Positions 1-14,223 of a stretch of DNA of 64,000 nt are shown one piece after another; position 1 is the stretch's first letter, and each line of letters begins with the position of its first letter. Made by a program: the position numbers and the translations under genes. The notes beneath the pieces are model-generated. The model had not been told where the DNA came from. It saw nothing but the letters and a program-made list of their open reading frames with translations, and ran no database searches. Source of the DNA: Catajapyx aquilonaris (lineage: Eukaryota); assembly GCA_000934665.2 (NCBI GenBank), contig JYFJ02001341.1:1-64000 (forward strand), read 5' to 3'.

Positions 1-551
1 GCGTCGGGAATCATTTACCTCCGACAGTCGTCACGCGGGCTTGTGGAACATCGATAGCCACGCAATATACACTTATCAAATTTAACTTTGGAGATGAAGT
101 TTGCGCGTAATAATTGCGTAATTATTTCGCGTGAATGGCTAAGTTGGTACCCCTGACGTTCTAGGGTATTGCAGCTGGAAGTTGCAGCCAGAATCACTCC
201 GGTCATTCCAAGGCGAAAAGGGAGGGGGCGGGCCATGGCGGCTGGGTATGGCCCCTCCAGGCCTCTGCCAAACCACAGGCTTGGGGTAAAAAGTTTAAGG
301 ATATACACTGGATATATTACGAGGACACCTGTTGAAGCGAGGCGCCGGTATGGCGCCCATTGTAAAAACTGCGCAACATCACCGGATTGGAAACTATTTA
401 ATTATTGGGTATACCTCCCGAGGAGAGGACTAAATATAGCAAGTTATAACGAGAAGTATTTCAAGCATTTTCTTAGCCCGCATGCGTCGTGCCGAAAAAA
501 AAAAAAAACACACATTTTTTGGCAGCTGCTGTTTCTGAATGGAAGACTAAC

Positions 552-672
552 CTGTGTCCAACCGGAGGACCTCCTGGCGGTCCATCAACTGCACCTCGTT
601 TGTCTCGATCTGTATGTGGATGCTGTCGGTCCTGACGCACAGGGCCAACAGCACTATCCACGTGGGGGACAT
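552..672 (-). CDS. Signal-peptide-coding exon C (MSPTWIVLLALCVRTDS-IHIQIETNEVQLMDRQEVLRLDT)
   Basis: Hydrophobic core WIVLLALCV, codons GC-rich at third position, phase-1 donor CAG|gttagt; possible acceptor at 806-805 (tctccttcctttgaaaag). Confidence 0.6.
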
Positions 673-3600
673 TACCGTGCACGACACATCCAGTACACAG
701 TTCCTATCCGTCCAAGGTCTGAGAACCGACTGGGGCAGCTGCCTAGCCTTACCCCCCTAGTCCCAGGGCCACTCCACTAATTATACACTGCCAGAGATTG
801 GTATCTTTTCAAAGGAAGGAGAGACCTGATTGGACGGTGGGTTTTGTCTCGAGGGCCCCGGTTGGTTGGGCCTCTAGCACTGGCATGTACCCGCACCAGA
901 CTCGGAGGCTCCTTTTTATCCGTGGGTCCCATATTTTTTTGTGAGGGGCCGCGGGTTGAAACAAAGGGGACTCATCGCCAAAACCGGTTCGTATCCCGCC
1001 GGCCCCCAGGGTTTTCTTACCCTCCCTCCCGATTCCATTAGTTTGTTTATCGTCGGCCTATAAAGCAATCCATTAGGGAGGGTTGCTTAATGGAGTTGCA
1101 TTTCCGGAGTGTCGCCTGGTTCACACGGGCAAATCATAACGACAGAGGCGGACAGAGGACATAAATACACAAACAGAGCGTATCTCCTATGGGGAGTGGT
1201 GATCAAGATTGGCTATTTTTATCTGGCGGATAGGCAGAAAAAAGGTCGTATCTACACTTCCCGTAAGGTACGTAGTTGTTGGTTGCGCTCAGCTGTTATT
1301 AAAGTTTAACGAAGCAGATCCAGGCTCAAAGGCAGGAGAAGAAGGGTGGGTAATTGCCTCTTTGTGCTTCTTCCGCCTCTAGGGAGATGAATCCTTCCTT
1401 CAGGAATCTGCGTGGAGAATTCCAGGCACAATAGATGCTTCTCCCGGAAGCTCCGGAAGCCGCCAGACGCCGTTTAGGACCGCTCAGGGAGAGGAAGAAT
1501 CATTGCTAACGGAGGATTAGGAAGTGGTTGAACGAATAACTGTAATGTCTACATTTTGATAAGATGAGCACACATGATCATGACTTATCATCAAGTGACC
1601 TGACAGGAATGTCTATGAGTCAATGAGTGTCGTACGACCTACACGCCATCTTTGGATATATCGACTGCATATGAATTTTTCATAACCAGGCCCAAGATGC
1701 ATGACCCTTGCAAGATAAGAGTGACAACCTCGTGTCACTGACTCAGGAGTGCATGACCTCCCCTGGCCGCGCACCTCGAATATAATCACCCAGACATGGA
1801 ATTACGTGGTGTGCCACCCCCACAGGCCTGAGTCATAGCCCTGGGCCGGCCTACTGTGGGATTACACACACAAGAGAGAAAGATGTGGAGCCCAGTCATC
1901 GGAGGTCTTAAGTAGTGGCCCGCTGGCGGCACTGCATCATGCTTAATTCCGTGTTGTGACAGACAGAGTTGATTAACCCGGCAGCTAAAACTCTGGGGGC
2001 GAACGGGGGGGTCAACAGGTCCGGTCACTGGTCACCTTGGGTGAATAATGAGAGATTGAGTATACTACTGTACATTTGGGTGGGTTAGTGGGTTCCAAAT
2101 AATGTGGCGCAAGAGCGTCGCGACGCGGCGGCATCGGGGAGGTAGAAATAGAGCCAAATAGCAATGACTTAGTTGCTTGGGTGAAGGGGTAATACTCTCA
2201 TTGAAGGTTAGCTCATTAACAATTTAGTGGATGAGACGCCATGTGCTTGGCAAGTTCAAGAAAACGTTTATTAAATAATGCAGCGAACTTCCACAGTTAC
2301 AAGAAAACTTTTAGGCAACAGTTACAGAAACTGTAACGTCATTCAGTTTCCAGAAGACTTCTTCACTTCCATTTCCCGGTACACTATTGAGCCAGAGCAG
2401 CCCTAAATTTCGTTCCAGGGAACCAGCAAGCTTCCCCATCCTGATTTACAGCAGGGCAGTAAAAATAAACCTTTGAGTAGGATCGCTATTGTTTATAATC
2501 GTGTCTACTTTGGGGCCGATCTTCTATTTGGACACGCTCTTGGGAACACTCAGGAAGCAATATTGCAGGCGCCACGATGGACTGATGCCCAGGCTACGAG
2601 AAGGGAATATCCACTGATGAGGACACTTGGAACAGTGTCATGGGGAGTGGCTTGACTGTATTATGTGACACTAAAATGCACATTATTTCAATTGGTGTTG
2701 CATTAGTATGCACACGTGTAGTAACACATACCAAGTTTTTCAGTGAGTGCTAATATGCATGTATGCGAACATGTCTTTGAAATTCAGCATAACCTGTCGG
2801 AATTACCAAGCAGGCGCCAGACGACTGCCACGTCTGAACTAGAAAAAAAAAAGCAGTAGGCAAAGACAATTCCGGCTTGGTGGACAACGGACAGCCTTGC
2901 CTGGACTTGCGGTCAGGACAGTCTGAGGCGGTGAAAGCAGGGGTTCAAAAAGGGAAAAACGGGGCCATTCAGACAGCAGGCGCCTGGTTCCATACTGGGG
3001 GCCCTCCCCTAAGTGGACCCCCATTCTTTTGATCGGTAATGGGAGGGATAGGGCAGGTGAAGGGAGGTTGTAAATAAATGGTGCCTTCTTCAGGTGATCG
3101 GAGGTCTCGATAATTCTGGACCGGTAATGGTTCATAGACGAATGATTCAGGGACCGGAATCAGCAGTGGTAATAGGACGTGATGCGTGCGGCCATCGTCG
3201 TGATTTGTGGCGTCTACAAAACAAAGCGTGTATGATTTTTTTTTATCCGGCGGCATCAATCTAGTCATGAGAAGGCTACCAGAGAGTATCCGGTTGAGCA
3301 TCTGATTTATGGTGGCGAGTTTGAGGCGTTTTTGCGTCGTCTTAAGGTGATACAGTCCCGATTGGATGTTTCGGAATGGGGCAATTTACATTTTTGGTGG
3401 GTGACAAATTGGCAGGTTGAAATTCCAGGATTTGATGTAATTTGGCAGCACGGCAGCAATTAGCGAGCCGACATGTGCTTGACCCTCGCGACTCATTAAT
3501 CTGCAACAGCTAATGAGCCTGCAGAACAAGTCGGAAGTTACTAGAGGCAATGGAAGACTTAGGAAGAACATAAATGGTCCACGCAACGTGATACCAACGT

Positions 3601-6565
3601 AACATATACGCTTTATCCCCCGAGCCTCTCCAAACTGACATGTGGTCATTACAACATAAAATGATTATGACTTTTTACATCCCCGGATCGGATTAAACAT
3701 TTCCTCTGCACGAACCCCGTAGTGTTGATGTTACGATCCCATATTTTGACTTACACCCGAATTTATAAGGAAGAGCCTCCCCACAGCTTTTGGCGGGCCA
3801 TCGCAATAAGTCGTGCCAACAACCCCAGCAGCCACGACGGTGCCATTACATCTCAGTCCTGTTTTTCGAGAAATAATTAGGAGCGAGGCGGACGGTCCCA
3901 AAAGGAAACAGTACAAAAAAAATCCATCTTCACAAATGGAGTTGGTATTCCGAATCCCACAGCATGAAGCTCCAACCAAAAAGCAAGGACTGCTTTTCGT
4001 GCTTGCTACCACTCTGTCAACCATACACTGCACGCAAAGCTTTCTCTTTTCTTATTTTTACTTTGCTAAGAAAAAAAAGGGGGACATCTGCCTGGAAGCA
4101 ACAGGCTATCGACCCAAGGAATCAGTTGACCACTGTCCTATACAAAAGCCCTACCTAAAATTGCTTGAAGGGGGTCGATTCCCTGAGTGCAACAGGTAGT
4201 TTTGTGGAGTCTCGGGCTTTAATAATTTTATTGGTCGGTCCGTTCTGTAATTTCTGTAATGCGCTCGTAAATCGGTATAACCTTGGCTTGCATGCTGGTA
4301 CACGTGAAGGAATGTAGAAGGTGATGACCCAGCAATGGCTGTCCAAATTAGGAGTTTTTGGTTAGAAAAAATAGAGTAATCGCAATTTGGAGGACCACCT
4401 ATATACACGCTGTCATTACGGTTGTGCCCGACAACAAATAGGGACCTAATGGCTGTGCCTGGTTTTTTTTTGTGGGGGTCGAGGCGGGACATGAAAATGG
4501 AAGGGCTTTTGCAAATACATGCTCTTTGGTTTTGTGGGGAGGAAGAAGAGACAAAAAAGTGAGCTAGAGAAGATTGGTGGTAATGACGCCTGATGTATGG
4601 AATTACCCACCTTGGACCCGAAAGGCTTGGGAAAAATGAGTTGTGTGAAATGCAAGTAATCAGCATTGTCTGATTGGAGAGGTAGTAGCATGTAACCTCA
4701 AAAAAAAGTTTGAGGAGGGTTGTGATCCTCAGTGTCCTTGTGACCTCTTTTGTCTCACCCTTTCAAAAGGACTAGCCAACTGCATGAAATGGTCCTAACA
4801 GAAAGTGACAAAGGGAAAAATACCTGATCCCTTTGGCTCTGTTGAGAAGGAAAAACACATTCTCGGCCCTGGTTTTAATAGTTTTGTGTATACAACAACT
4901 GTTTGGAACAATGTTGCCGGTTCCTCGTCCTGCCAAATATTTTACAAGATCAGAGGCGGTAATCGTGTTATTTTTTTCTCTGACCGGGCTTAGCCTGTGT
5001 GTGTAAATATTACAGAAGATGGATATGCAACATATGGCATAAAATTCGAGTAATACCAAGGACTAACTTTTTGGATGCCCAATACATGTCTTAATCCCTG
5101 TACAAATATTTGGACCTTTCCTTGGCGATATAGTGGAGTTTCTGTCATGGGCAGAAGATAAAATTAATTAATGAGCTTTAACATCCACCTTTTGTTTTTT
5201 TCCAGAGCCAACCGCCCTGAAAGAGGGGTTCTTGCAGGAAGCAACAAGCCATCCATTTGGATCCATAGCAAGGTAAGAGGTGGGGTTTGTAGGGGGGGAG
5301 GGTAAAAAATATTTCGGCCTTTTTCTTTCAAGGGCGCGGGGCGGAGAAGCCCCAGGAATTTATGTGGTGTCAGCGACAGAGAAGTTGCAGTAGCTCTCTT
5401 GTTTCATCGTTGAGGTTTTTCAATGTTGATTTAGGTGGAGGGGTAGAGCCAGTTATCGAGAATAAGAAATTGCGAGCAGAAAACTAGTTTTTGTGGAATT
5501 CCCTCCCCCTCCCCCCCCCTCCCCCCCTGTTGTGCTGTTATAGAGTTCTGTTGGTGGCATTCCTCTTTTCGAATTGTTATTAAGGAGACTGGGCTATGAA
5601 TAGCTCACCTGTGTTTAGCCTTTGGAAAAATAGCATCCGGAGTGCATAGTTTGAAAATACACTAAGCTTCGTAGTTGGTACATTCCTTCCAAGTTGCGCA
5701 AGGTCGCGATGAAAGGATTATAGTGCTACAAATAGACTGGCGGAACGGTGTGCTAAACTATCATTACACTACTTGCTAAAATGCCACGATATACATGGGT
5801 GGGACTTCCCTTGAGCCGAGTACAAATTCAGAAAAGGTTGTTTAAATGTGTTGAATACAAGACGATTTTAGATAGAACGACATGGTGCTGAAACATCACG
5901 GATTTATGTAATATATGCAACGTATGTATGCCACGGTCGATTATTAACATGCTAAGTCGATGATGGTACATGTGCCAGATTATAGACCACTGACGTCACC
6001 ATGATTGCACCATGGCAGGTCGTCACACCTTTGCCCTCGATCTAAACCAGGAATGTTTGTAACGAGATGAACAACTGCGGTGTTCAATTCGTGAATAGTA
6101 CCGATTCAGATTTTTTAAAGACCATCGGCTACATAACCCGGCGCGGCGTCGTCAGTCTTTTCCCACACACATAGGAGCTCCTTCCAAAATAGGAGATGCA
6201 CAAACTTGGCCCACTTCACAGTCAGCAGATGTTGGATTTTATGCTCAGATTTACTGTCGCCTAACTATAGCAAATGTACTGTCGTCTGCATGAGCAGTAT
6301 TTCAGGCGCTCATAAACTCGTCAAGAGCAATCCGAGCTTACTATCCGGAATAGTGATGAACTTTTAACGAGGTCGTTGTGGGGGGGTGGAAAAAGCCGGC
6401 CGATTCTTATGGGCAAGAAAACGTATAGTTTATTAGTGGTGGGGGCCTCATCAAAAGTGCGTGGAGGTGTTGGAAATTAGTGATAATTGGAAGATGAACC
6501 TTCTCCGGATCGGGCTCATTTAGGGCTCTAAAAAGTCACCACTGGTTAATTATGTAGAAGCATAC

Positions 6566-6634
6566 CATATACCGTGGACCGCAACATGAATAATGTAGTT
6601 ACGAGCTGTACACCGTTCTGTGACCACGACATAC
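6566..6634 (-). CDS. Signal-peptide-like exon B (MSWSQNGVQLVTTLFMLRSTVY-G)
   Basis: Strong acceptor ttattttctcttccttgcag, ATG at 6632, phase-1 donor G|gtatgc; 69-nt frame-preserving exon. Confidence 0.55.
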
Positions 6635-9600
6635 CTGCAAGGAAGAGAAAATAAGCCGTTAGAACATTTTTACAGCACTGTTGCTATCTGCAGGGTTGTA
6701 AAAAGAGATAATCTTATTTAGAGGATATTGATTGGATCATTTCCATTATAAACAACTTATAGCATGTACAGTTACACTGAATTGGTGCATTGCTCAACAG
6801 TACCGTATTTGAGACGGTGTTATTTATCCCAGCAACACTCCACTTTACTATATATTACTTTTCTGTACTCGTAGAAGTAAATATCAATATTGGTTGGTGG
6901 AGTAAACATCCCTTGAACAGTGTATTTGGTTATACACTAATGTAAATATTGATATACAAGTAGGGTATATATTAAATATTTTTCAATAGCAGAGTTGTTA
7001 TACTTGAACATTGAAATCTGCAGTAACTTTCTTCTGCGACCATAAAAAGGCTCCAGACAGTCCGAAGGATCCTCGCCACATTGCGTACTATGAATACAAT
7101 ATTCATAAATGTATAGTTTCAAGGCCAGAGTAATAACACAATGTTTATTATTATTATTTTTTTCTGTACAAACCACACGTTTGAAAGGAAGGCCCTCATC
7201 CTGTGGGCCTCTATATCCACACAGTGTAAACACACGTATCGGGCCATTTCCTCGGCATTTCTGAATTTCACAAGCGGTTTGGGCCACAGAAACATGTAAT
7301 TTTTTCCTGTGGCCTTCCCCTCCCTCCTTCACGAAGGGGTCATTTGTCATCGGGCGCATGCAACAATTGGGTGTAACAGTACAGGCAAAAGGGGCACACA
7401 GCGCCTTCTGCTTTTCTGACCGCTCTTTCTCTTCTCCCCCTTCCCCCCCCCCCCTCGAAGAAAAAAATTATCCACAGCAGAAACCTCCCTCAGGCCAGAA
7501 CAGCAGCGACCGTGTAATTAGACTACTTGAACGGGGTTGTTATGACCCCAACTCGGGCAGTGCAACCCAGGATAATTATTTACCTCGGGACTCCTCCAGC
7601 TCTCTCGATAGTACCGCCCCATATCTATCTACCTCTCTCTCCAGCTGAGAGTCGGCCCGAATAAAACCCACAACCTATCATCACATATTCAAAACTTGCT
7701 CTGGGTTCCTCCGTTCCATTTTTTTCCCAATCAGTCCTTATCTACATTCATCCTTTTTTTTCTCTCACTTCCCACGGATGACCCGTGGGGGAAAATGTTT
7801 GTGCAGACAATATTGGGGGATTCAAAATGCGAACAACAATCAAGGACTGGATGGGAATATCAATGAAGGGTGTAAAATGTATAGGGTGGTTGTAAAGAGT
7901 TAACACGCGGAAGACTGACATTGTCAGGAGGCGTAATGAGCAAGGTCGAAGGTTTGATATACTCTATAGGAGGCGATTGTTGTCGCAAAGTTCCGTTATT
8001 TGGTTCACTGGAATGTAGCTCGAGTTACAGTGAATTTATAGTTTTAATGTAATTATGTGCCATAAAAATCCTGGCCAATAGGTTGGACACTAAAGCACTA
8101 GAGATCTCGAGCGATTATTTTATTATGGTGTACATAACATATTCAGTGCAAAAAAACGGGCTCAGATTTTACAACCCCCCAAATAATTGATTGCGTGTCA
8201 TTTAATTTTGGCGTAATTACCTGCGTGTACTCGCACTTATATAGTTTTTGTATGCAGATAGTTTTGAAATAGTATAGCGATTGGTGTGGGAAGGGGGCAA
8301 GTCCTGCATTTTCCGGGCGTTTCCCCATTGCAGTAGCCCATTTCCGGCGTGGTAGCCACGGGATTCGCCAACCATAAATCTTTTGGGGTCCGCGGTGGTA
8401 AAAAGATGGCGGGGTGTAGAGGCGCCAGGATCGGAGAATATCTGGCGACAGGCAGTTGCATCACTTGTCCCGCCTGGCTGACTTCTGCGCACGCCCTTTT
8501 TCCCCCAACTAGAAAAAGGTCACGAGAAAAAGACTCTCTCGAAGAAAAAAAATTGTGAAAGGAGCATATAGAATCATTAGGCTCATTACATATGCTTTAG
8601 CCAAAATGTTGCAAGCAGACATTGAAGTATAGCAGATTCGCACATTGAATGCACAATGACTTGGTCTCAACCAGATTCGACGTGTAATGAAATTATTAAT
8701 TGAAAAATGACAGCTGGCCGGGACAATAGCAAACGCCCTCATTCTTCATTTTGACACGACGAAGGTTGGTCTACCGATCGGATTGGATAAACTGTTGCTT
8801 TATAGCTTATGGGTATTTACCTCAGTGATTATGAGCCGATGTTTGGTTCTCTCGGGTGAGTGACAGGGACATTGAAAGAGACAGCTTCCCCAAAGAGGAA
8901 TGGCCCTCGTGTGGTGGGGGGTCACCGATAAGGGTGTCAGTGACGGATAAATCCTGCAGGAATTGTGTGTAGGGTTTTTCTCCGGCGTGTTGCTTGCGCT
9001 GAAGGGGCGATGGTCACACATGACAATCACGCGCTACTTTGTCTTTTTGTCCCCTTCTCTCTCTCTCTCGGAAGGTACATGCTTCGGCAGCAGGACAACC
9101 CGCGAAGGGGGACAAGTGTGAGTGACATCCGCTTTCTATTTTGCCGTGTCAATCCAACGACATATTCATGAACAAGTGACAGCGCTGAATCGGGGTTAAT
9201 TTGACCGGTAAGAATTTTTGCCAATTTTATTTTACCGTTACTACCAGTACGCATAATAAAGTGGCGATTTTTACGGCCTGGTGAATAACTTTGCAAATCT
9301 CATCGGAAAAGGAGAGCCGCCGAAGTGCTTCTCATGCAGTGCGCGGAGAACATTCCTAACGGTTGCTGGGCAGCAAGAGAAAGAAGTAGCCAGAGGCCTT
9401 CCTCCAAAAGCCTCCAACTTTGGCTTTGTTTATCTGACCAAGACGGAGACAAGTACCCAGCTGGATTCCGGGCGCGTCATCCGGAGGCTGCCATCAAAAC
9501 AACGACTCAAACAACGAAGCGCTTTTGCAAAAGAGAGACTCCCAGCTAGACACGTGCCAAAGTCAACACCCAGGGAAATCGGCGGCTAATTTGACCACTC

Positions 9601-12600
9601 GGGCTTGAGCATTCATTATGCTCGAAAGGGGCTCTTCAGTGCCAACAATCGACGAGGATTAGTCTGACATGCATAATATTGAACTAAACATGGCGGCCGA
9701 TTAGCCGCACCTTTCAATGTACCATTTGAAAATTGTGCGCATAGCAACAGAATTTTGCATGTCACGTGGACCAATCGGGTTAAGAGTCGGAATCGGCTCA
9801 TATTTAAGCAGATAAATATGGGGGGGGGGGGGGGGGNGGGGGTTCGTAAAATTTGGCGCCAATCTTCTGGCTATACCGTTTTCTCAAGTGGACTGAACTT
9901 TCCGGGGAACATAAAAAAAAGTTTCTGGCAAACAAGCAACAAAAAATACATTTCATTATACGTACGGGATATGGGGGTCTGCATCAAGCGATTGCCAGCC
10001 AAGTCTCAGAATCGTTCGGCCCTCCCCAGCCTTCATTAGCGTCCATCATGCCCATTTATATAAGAGAAAAACTGGAGGGAGAGAGGAAGTATCCGGGGCC
10101 TGTTTCCATAACAACGCTGCTAGAAAACTTCGCCTAGACGCCGCCATCGCTTCACATACGACAAATAGCGGCGCTCTATCCATCAAGCAGGCAAGGTCAG
10201 CAGATCTTGCTTGGCTAACGACGCAAATAACAATAGCGGTTAGAGGAGGGCCCACCAAGAAGGATGGTGTGTGCTGTATATACATATAAAAAAAAGAAGA
10301 AGAGGAAGAAGCGCGGCTATTGATTCTCAATGTCTGCTGCTTCTGGCAGCAGCTGTTTGTTTCTTTTCACGACTCCTGTTTCGGTGGACAATAGTTGCGT
10401 GATGAGCCCCCAAGGCAGCATGGTGATAACTCAATTGGCACCTACATTTTTCAGCTTTAAAAAAATGAAGTGGCGTAATTAACAGGCTTCTGGGTGGTCC
10501 CCCTGACAAATTAATCCAACTTTTGGGTTTATCGGATTAAATTCGCGCAATCCGGGCAGTATAGAGGGTACGATATCGACGCCAGACTAAATGACCTTTT
10601 GGAGCGATTCATCGGCGCCTGGGCCTCAACCCCCAGAGCGGCACTTGTCTCTATAGGAAAAGGAGGGGGTGGTTGGGGAGGAGGAAGTGAAACAACAACA
10701 AAAAAATATTTTGGCAGGACTTCTCCCAGCAGAAGTCAGGAAGGAAACGGGGGAGAATGGGTGTTTGACTGGGGGAAGATGTACGAGGTTTTCTGTCCCG
10801 TCTCCTCCTCTTTGGAGTTCCTTTTTCACTACCCGCCGACGGGACGCGCCTTTCCGACGCACCCGACACTGTTTATTCTTCCTCCTAATCAGGATGGTGC
10901 CAACAGGGGAACGGCCTGCCAAAAAATTGTCGCCGAAGAAGATGCAACCCGCAGCACGGAGGAGCCGCCGAGGTTGCAGTCTAGCCTCCAGAAAAATTGC
11001 TCCACGGTTTAAAAAATAAAATAAAAATAAACAATAAAAACGTCCAAATTCCAGCTAAAATAATATTATTTGAGAGGCTGATATCTCAAAATCGCTCTCA
11101 AAATATTATGTGAAGATATGGACTCAAAATGAGTACTATAAATCGAGCATTTTCTTAGCTATTGTGTTTCAAATTGAGGGAAATTATTAGACTAAATATG
11201 CTTCTACGTGCATGTATTGACCCAGTTAATTTTTCATTGGCTGCTACATAAAAATCCAAACACGTTTCATTATTATAATACAAGGCATTTGCGATGAACT
11301 GCTTTCAAAAATGTTTGCAGCAGGAGTATGTAAACATGAATGCTGTCAAAGTGATAATTACTTCCTTTTTATTCCAACTGGAGGTGATAGCTGACAGAAT
11401 AAATGCGGCTGTAGGGTAATTCTTCTGCGCCACAAGTGTCAATAAATGTGTATAATATGGCTTAGTCAGCTCATTAGATCCGACGTTTTGCTAATTACTC
11501 GAACAAATTAAGAAATTGCAAAACTGGACAATCACGTTTCTTGGGTGTTGTCTCAGTGCAATACCACTTTTTATGTCGCCAACTGCAGCCCCATCCATAA
11601 CTGGGATAATGCAACCCCCCCCCCCCCCCCCCCCCCCCTNTTTTTTTTGCACATAAAGTTTATGATTCGACATGTGTAATGGCAATTTCCGGCTGAGAAT
11701 AAGACTGTGCAAGAAAGTGGCGTCTTGCAGGAGCGTGCAATTGAGCAAAAAACACTTGCGGGGAACACCACCCCCCGCAATTCCCATGGCCACCACCACC
11801 ACCACCACCACCTCCTCCGGTCTCTAGTAAGACAGAAAAAAAAATCGCCTTGATCTGGCGACAGTGTTTGGAAAAGCACGAGGAAGGGACGGCGCCGTCG
11901 TCGTCGGGGAGGACCCCCAAGTTGGGCAAAGTAGTCCCCCATGGCTGGCAGCCAGCAGGCGCCTGCTAAAGTGCATGGCAGTAGGCCTCCAGCGGGCGCA
12001 CTAGACAGGCGTTTATATATCGGAAAGAAGAGCTGTCTCCCCAAAAGCTTGTGGCTCCACCCTCACAATAGCGGGTTTTTGAGTCGGGGAGGTCGGAATC
12101 CACCGAAAACCCGGCGTGGTATGCCGCTGACCTGTCACTTGACGGGATGACTGACCTGTCCGGTATACGGGCACTCAAGGAAAAAACACGGTCACCTTTC
12201 AAACGGGGCACCACTTTAACCCAAGGCTGGAAAAGTTAGGTGACGTCAAGTTGACCAAGATATTTTACCTATAACCTCTAGTAGGGCGGATATTTTGTCG
12301 CAAAATGATAGGTGACGTGGGGGTCAGTTTGGACCCCACGTGACTGAGCCTGATTTGCTTGATGGCAGTGATTGCAGTAGATTGGTGCGATGTCGCATTT
12401 CCCTCTTCAAGCAATTGCATCAAGTGTTGGCGGTCGGGGAGGGGCTGGTCGCATCATTGTTCGCAAATGAATCTGAATGATATGCTAATTGGTGCGAATT
12501 TAACGCTGTGATCTGAAAGCGCATATAGGGCTAGGGGGTCAGCTGCTGATTTGAATAAAATTTACAGAGGGTGAGCGACCCGCTTGCTCACGCAGGCTGT

Positions 12601-14175
12601 AAATAACAAATTCAAGATAAACAGAGAGTAGATCATCATTTCTGCTCATTTTTTTTTGTCGAGTCCTCTCACGTCGCAAACCTTACGGTCGAGTGTTGGG
12701 TCATTCGTGGACAACTTGGCCAAATGCTAATTTACTACCAGGGGCGGAACCGCCCGAGTAATTACAGGGACATGCCGCCGGGGGAAAAAAAGGATTTATA
12801 AATCAATCGGTTTTCCTTATAGAGTAAACAGTAGGGGATATCGCCAGGGAAGGTCTCGAGAGCGATACGACAAGGAGGGACCTGTGATTACCTGCTGTGA
12901 ATCAAGCTGTAATCGCACAGTTCTTTACACCCCGATGGACCTTCGAGGTCTTCAGCTTATTGGTGGGGTTAAATTGCCACACCTCTGAGATTTTTAAGAA
13001 AATATATGGCAATGTCGCACAGGGAAAAACCCTGAACGGACAGGCGCCAAAATCTACTGCAAATAGCGTAATAAACCGGTGGTTTGCAGGAATTTTCTTG
13101 GGGAGAAGACTCGCATGGAAAAAGATGTCGGGAGAGCTTCAAAGAGAGGAGGGTGCGGGGACAAAAATAAAAGCACTTGGCTGGCAAGGACTTCTGTGCT
13201 GGAAGGGATGCAGACTAATTTATTATCGAGAGAGTTGCATTGCATATATACCTGCTGCACGCGGGTTATGTCATATGCGCATATTTTTTGTGATAAAAAA
13301 TTCCAGAGGGACTGCATCATTTTTGCAAAACCTTGGCGTCAGGGAGGCCGCAGTGGCGCCAGTAGAACCAGGAAGAAAAGGGGCATTGTGGTGCGCACGG
13401 TCTCTTGTTTCCTTCTTGGTACGTTCTTTTTTATTTTAAAAAAAAAATCGGTTTTTATTGGGGGGTGCAGTTAGGGGAAGCCTTCCGGGTTAAGGAGCTG
13501 GCCATATCTATACCTCCACAAGCCCATTGGCATGTATCCAGCTGGTTGGACACCCCCGCGCCTTCTTCATCCTGCGGCGCCGACTTGTGCAAAAGAATGG
13601 AAGCTGAGTCTGTGGCGCCCCCGGCGCACAGGCGCCACAGCTGGCAAGCCCTCAAAAACTCGCACTTTTCACAAAACTGATGGAGACGGAAGATGGCGAA
13701 AAACGAACTCAACACCCCCCGAGGGGAGCTTGAGTGAGGGCTCGTATCAGAGTTTCGCAGTTAGACTTTTTTGCCGATTTTTTTTGGATACGTACAGAGA
13801 CCTGATATCTATTAGTGCATGCGCTGTAAATGATTGCTTCATCCATTCGGCGTGAATTGAAAAGTGGTTTTATGTACGTTCTTTGCTAGTTTTATGGCTG
13901 TGATTACGACTCAGGTACAAGTTTACGTAATAATGCAGGGCGTCAGTATGTTGGGGATTCCCATGGGAATGTTGCAGGAGATAAAAATTTGGGAAAATAA
14001 GTGGTTGGCCAAAATGTGACGTGTGTGCTGGTGGAACTAGTGTACACCGTAAATTTCATAAATTCTTATGATAATCCGGTATACATTCAAATTGAAAAGT
14101 TGTTCCCCCAACAAAGAGCACATTCAATATTATTTTATGAAGCAGACGATGATGGGCCAAATTTTCGTCCGACTG

Positions 14176-14223
14176 CTGCTAACTCAGCAGTACTTACCAA
14201 CACTGGTACTGCTAAGTTAGCAG
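14176..14223. repeat. 18-bp inverted repeat whose arms are themselves palindromic
   Basis: CTGCTAACTCAGCAGTAC / GTACTGCTAAGTTAGCAG, 1 mismatch, 12-nt spacer. Confidence 0.85.

Noticed and set aside
540..560. TGGAAGACTA resembles the 5' end of miR-7
   Set aside because: The match stops after 10 nt, there is no precursor hairpin, and it overlaps a splice donor. No other conserved miRNA, tRNA or rRNA was recognised by eye.
169..780. Longest ORF in the track (203 aa, +) and nested 554-760 ORF
   Set aside because: Non-ATG start, crosses a poly-A run, no domain; better explained as the antisense shadow of signal-peptide exon C.
9820..11648. Long poly-G/poly-C runs containing N (also an N at 44646)
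   Set aside because: Homopolymer base-call uncertainty; G-quadruplex or coding interpretations are unsupported.
12216..12345. TTAA-CCC end and GGGGTC...GACCCC hairpin resembling a piggyBac MITE
   Set aside because: No matching GGG-TTAA right end found; too degenerate to call.
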